Under the pieces are notes generated by a model that was given only the letters and a program-made list of their open reading frames with translations, did no database searches and was not told where the DNA came from. 24,000 nucleotides of DNA from Ethanoligenens harbinense YUAN-3 (lineage in GTDB: Bacteria; Bacillota; Clostridia; Oscillospirales; Ethanoligenentaceae): positions 1,061,310-1,085,309 of the forward strand of contig NC_014828.1 of assembly GCF_000178115.2 (NCBI RefSeq). The letters are read 5' to 3'. Shown in pieces: positions 21,896 to 24,000 of this stretch. The position numbers and the translations under genes were made by a program. Position 1 is the stretch's first letter, and the number at the start of each line of letters is the position of its first letter.

Positions 21896-23377
21896 ATGAA
21901 AACAAGCATGAAGAATAAGCGGGCTGCCAAGCTCGTTTCCATGGCTGTTATCGGATTGTTTCTGTGCGCGTTTGCCGGTCTTCCGGCCCTGGCCTATTAT
22001 AATCAGGGAACCGTGTCGCTTTCGCTGGGAGAGACGAACGTTACCGTTGCACCCGGCGATAACTGTTCGGTCTCTGCGACCATGAGCCCCGCCTCGGCCA
22101 ATGAAACGCAAGGCTGCGGTATGGCGCAGTGCCCACAGACATGCGGCCCTACCTGCGCGGATGCAAACGGTCAGTGCATCTGTATGGGGGCTGATTACCA
22201 CAATTATCCCGCCACGGTCACATTGACTTCCGCGAATGCCTCCATTGCGATGGCGAAATATACAAACGGCGTCATTTCCGTCACCGGTGTTTCGCCGGGT
22301 ACGACCACCATTTACGCACAAGGCAGTCTGCGGGAATACACCAGTTCCGACAGGCAGGCGATTCGGGTAACCGTTACGGCGGCGGGTGATTCGAACGGCG
22401 GGTCCGCGGGCGGTTCAACGGGCGCCTCGACCGGAGGATCGTCAGGTGGCTCCGCAGGCGGCTCCACAGTTGGTTCTGCCGGAAGTTCCACAGGGACAAG
22501 TGGCAGTCCGGCAAGCACGACTGCGGGCAGCGGCAGTAAAACCGGCGGTTCGACGGGCGCTTCGGCTGGTTCCTCCTCTGCGGGCGTGTCCGGTTCATCC
22601 GCGGCAAGCTCCGGTGCGGCTTCTTCTTTGACCGCGAGCTCCGCGGTCTCGTCTTCGTCGGATGTTTCGGGCGCTTGCCAGATCTCTGCGGACGGTGGTT
22701 TGGGCTCTTTTGACATTATCCAGCTTCCGGAAAACAACATCACCGGAAAAGCGGAACTGGAAAAGATCATGGGTACCGATAAAAGCGTAACGTTTCAGAA
22801 AAAGGATGCCGCGGGTAATGTGCAGTATTCGTGGTCGTTTAAGGGCACCGACATAAAAAATCCGGCCGATCTCAATATGGGCATTTCTTTTTCCAGCAAA
22901 GAGAAGACGGCGATTGAAAAGCAAAGCGGCCTGGGTGACCTGTTTGATCTTTCCTTTGCGTATCATGGTGAGCTGCCCGGCAAAGCAGAGTTGAACATCT
23001 GTGTCAGCAGCATGTTCCGGGATGGCCAGACGCTGTATTTTTATTACTACGACCCGGCCAAGCATGCGTTTTCGCTTATTTCCAAAGACGTAAAGGTCGT
23101 CAACGGCTATGCCACAGTGGATATTACCCATTGCTCGACGTATTTCTTCTCCGCACGGGCGGTTGGCTCGTCATCGGGCTTTCCGGTCTGGCTGACGGTT
23201 CTGCTGATCGTTTTAGCGGTGCTGGCAGCCGGCGCTTTGCTTTTGTATGTTCACGTCCGCCGCGGCGGCGTGCTGCCTGAGACGGTAGCGCATCTGCTGC
23301 ACAGACCGATGGACAGGCCGTCGGCATCCAAGGCCGCGGCAGAGGGTAGCGGACATGAAAAGGACAAGCTTTTTTAA
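21896..23377 (+). CDS. Membrane-anchored extracellular protein: signal peptide, Ig-like (Big_2-like) domain with a Cys-rich insert, G/S-rich linker, C-terminal ectodomain, TM helix and short cytoplasmic tail.
   Basis: The signal peptide is MKTSMKNKRAAKLVSMAVIGLFLCAFAGLPALA. The Big_2-like strand pattern is ATVTLTSANASIAMAKYTNGVISVTGVSPGTTTIYAQGS. The Cys cluster is GCGMAQCPQTCGPTCADANGQCIC. The linker is about 95 aa of G/S/A/T. The TM segment FPVWLTVLLIVLAVLAAGALLLYV is followed by HVRRGG. Confidence 0.75.
   Translation: MKTSMKNKRAAKLVSMAVIGLFLCAFAGLPALAYYNQGTVSLSLGETNVTVAPGDNCSVSATMSPASANETQGCGMAQCPQTCGPTCADANGQCICMGADYHNYPATVTLTSANASIAMAKYTNGVISVTGVSPGTTTIYAQGSLREYTSSDRQAIRVTVTAAGDSNGGSAGGSTGASTGGSSGGSAGGSTVGSAGSSTGTSGSPASTTAGSGSKTGGSTGASAGSSSAGVSGSSAASSGAASSLTASSAVSSSSDVSGACQISADGGLGSFDIIQLPENNITGKAELEKIMGTDKSVTFQKKDAAGNVQYSWSFKGTDIKNPADLNMGISFSSKEKTAIEKQSGLGDLFDLSFAYHGELPGKAELNICVSSMFRDGQTLYFYYYDPAKHAFSLISKDVKVVNGYATVDITHCSTYFFSARAVGSSSGFPVWLTVLLIVLAVLAAGALLLYVHVRRGGVLPETVAHLLHRPMDRPSASKAAAEGSGHEKDKLF
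22381..22665 (+). repeat. Low-complexity, imperfectly tandem-repetitive segment encoding the G/S/A/T linker.
   Basis: The encoded sequence is GGSAGGSTGASTGGSSGGSAGGSTVGSAGSSTGTSGS...SSAGVSGSSAASSGAASSLTASSAVSSSS. Recurring GGCGG/TCC/ACG codon blocks are visible in the DNA. Confidence 0.6.
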
Positions 23378-23760
23378 TGCGTATCTACAAATGAGACGAG
23401 AGGCAAGTTGCGCGTAAATTTGTTGTCAGACAAAGCGGATGAGGAAGGACTGTTTGCTGTATTCCGACCGAAGACAACGCTGTATTGTGGCGAATTTGCC
23501 GAAAATGCTGCCTCGAATCATGTACGGTTAAGGCTGGCTTGTAGCAGGTGGTGCGTTGACCTAAAGTCTGTCGAGTTCGATTTTGCGGCGTGTGGTGCCG
23601 TCTTTCACGGACGCTGCGCCGGGCGGCCAAACCGCGCCGCGGCAAACGAGCTTCCCGCATCGGAACAGGAGCGGATTGTTTATGACAATGCGGCGCGCAG
23701 TGACAAGTTTTTTCATCATTTGTTCCAATTTACATCTGCATTCTGTTAAGGGGGAAGCAC

Positions 23761-24000
23761 ATGGTCACGCTTGAGCACCTGACGAAAAAATACGCGGATT
23801 TCACTGCGGTCAAAAATTTAGACGGTACCATCGAAGACGGATGCATCTATGGGCTGGTGGGTTTCAACGGGGCGGGTAAGACCACTCTCCTCAAAACCAT
23901 CGCGGGCGTTTACCGGGCCGATGCCGGTCGCGTATTGGTGAACGGCGAGAATATTTACGAAAATGAACGTCTAAAAAGTGGAGTGTTTCTGCTGTCCGAC
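23761..24000 (+). CDS. ABC transporter ATP-binding protein, 5' partial (continues beyond the window).
   Basis: ATG 23761 has an AAGGGGGAAG SD. The translation MVTLEHLTKKYADFTAVKNLDGTIEDGCIYGLVGFNGAGKTTLLKTIAGVYRADAGRVLVNGENIY... contains the Walker A motif GFNGAGKTT. The frame is open to base 24000. Confidence 0.85.
   Translation, partial: MVTLEHLTKKYADFTAVKNLDGTIEDGCIYGLVGFNGAGKTTLLKTIAGVYRADAGRVLVNGENIYENERLKSGVFLLSD

Noticed and set aside
23385-23774. ORFs between the 493-aa gene and the ABC ATPase gene (113 aa on +, 91 aa on -, 63 aa on +).
   Set aside because: There are no SD sequences, the frames mutually overlap, and the products are R/A-rich. The region is more likely the promoter and leader of the ABC transporter operon.

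Overview
This 24-kb window is a mosaic, probably from a Gram-positive, Clostridia-like genome or metagenomic contig. That origin is inferred from strong GGAGG-type ribosome-binding (SD) sites, intrinsic terminators and a sortase-type sorting signal. All calls rest on reading the sequence and ORF track and on recalled family motifs; no searches or computations were run, and GC statements are by eye.

(1) Bases 1-8820 are visibly AT-rich. They carry a minus-strand cluster with a divergent LysR regulator:
- a frameshifted DXD glycosyltransferase;
- an MFS transporter fused in frame to a PEBP/YbhB domain;
- a YrdC/Sua5-like protein;
- an HMGL-type homocitrate/isopropylmalate-synthase-like enzyme.
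This AT-rich part also contains an 0.8-kb ORF-free, hairpin-dense, GC-elevated patch (about 850-1640) preceded by phased CGTGT repeats. A GC-rich IS66-family element (4002-6429; tnpA, tnpB, tnpC) with a perfect 8-bp target duplication, GGATAAAC, sits inside the last codons of the HMGL-like gene.

(2) From about 8820 the DNA is GC-rich.
- The stand-out feature is a tightly packed operon, arsR - hgcA - hgcB - acr3 - CoA-disulfide-reductase/rhodanese (9407-14017). The mercury-methylation corrinoid/ferredoxin pair is embedded in an arsenic-resistance operon that lacks arsC and arsM.
- Downstream lie an HTH-only AraC regulator with an orphan clpP, decayed mobile-element remnants (a frameshifted XRE gene and a transposase tail), and an orphan copZ-like gene.
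- Next come three secreted or surface proteins driven from AT-rich promoter islands: an 820-aa sortase-anchored repeat protein, a 321-aa secreted protein, and a 493-aa membrane-anchored Ig-like protein with a Cys-rich insert.
- The window ends with the 5' end of an ABC-transporter ATPase gene.

No rRNA gene, tRNA gene or CRISPR array was seen.
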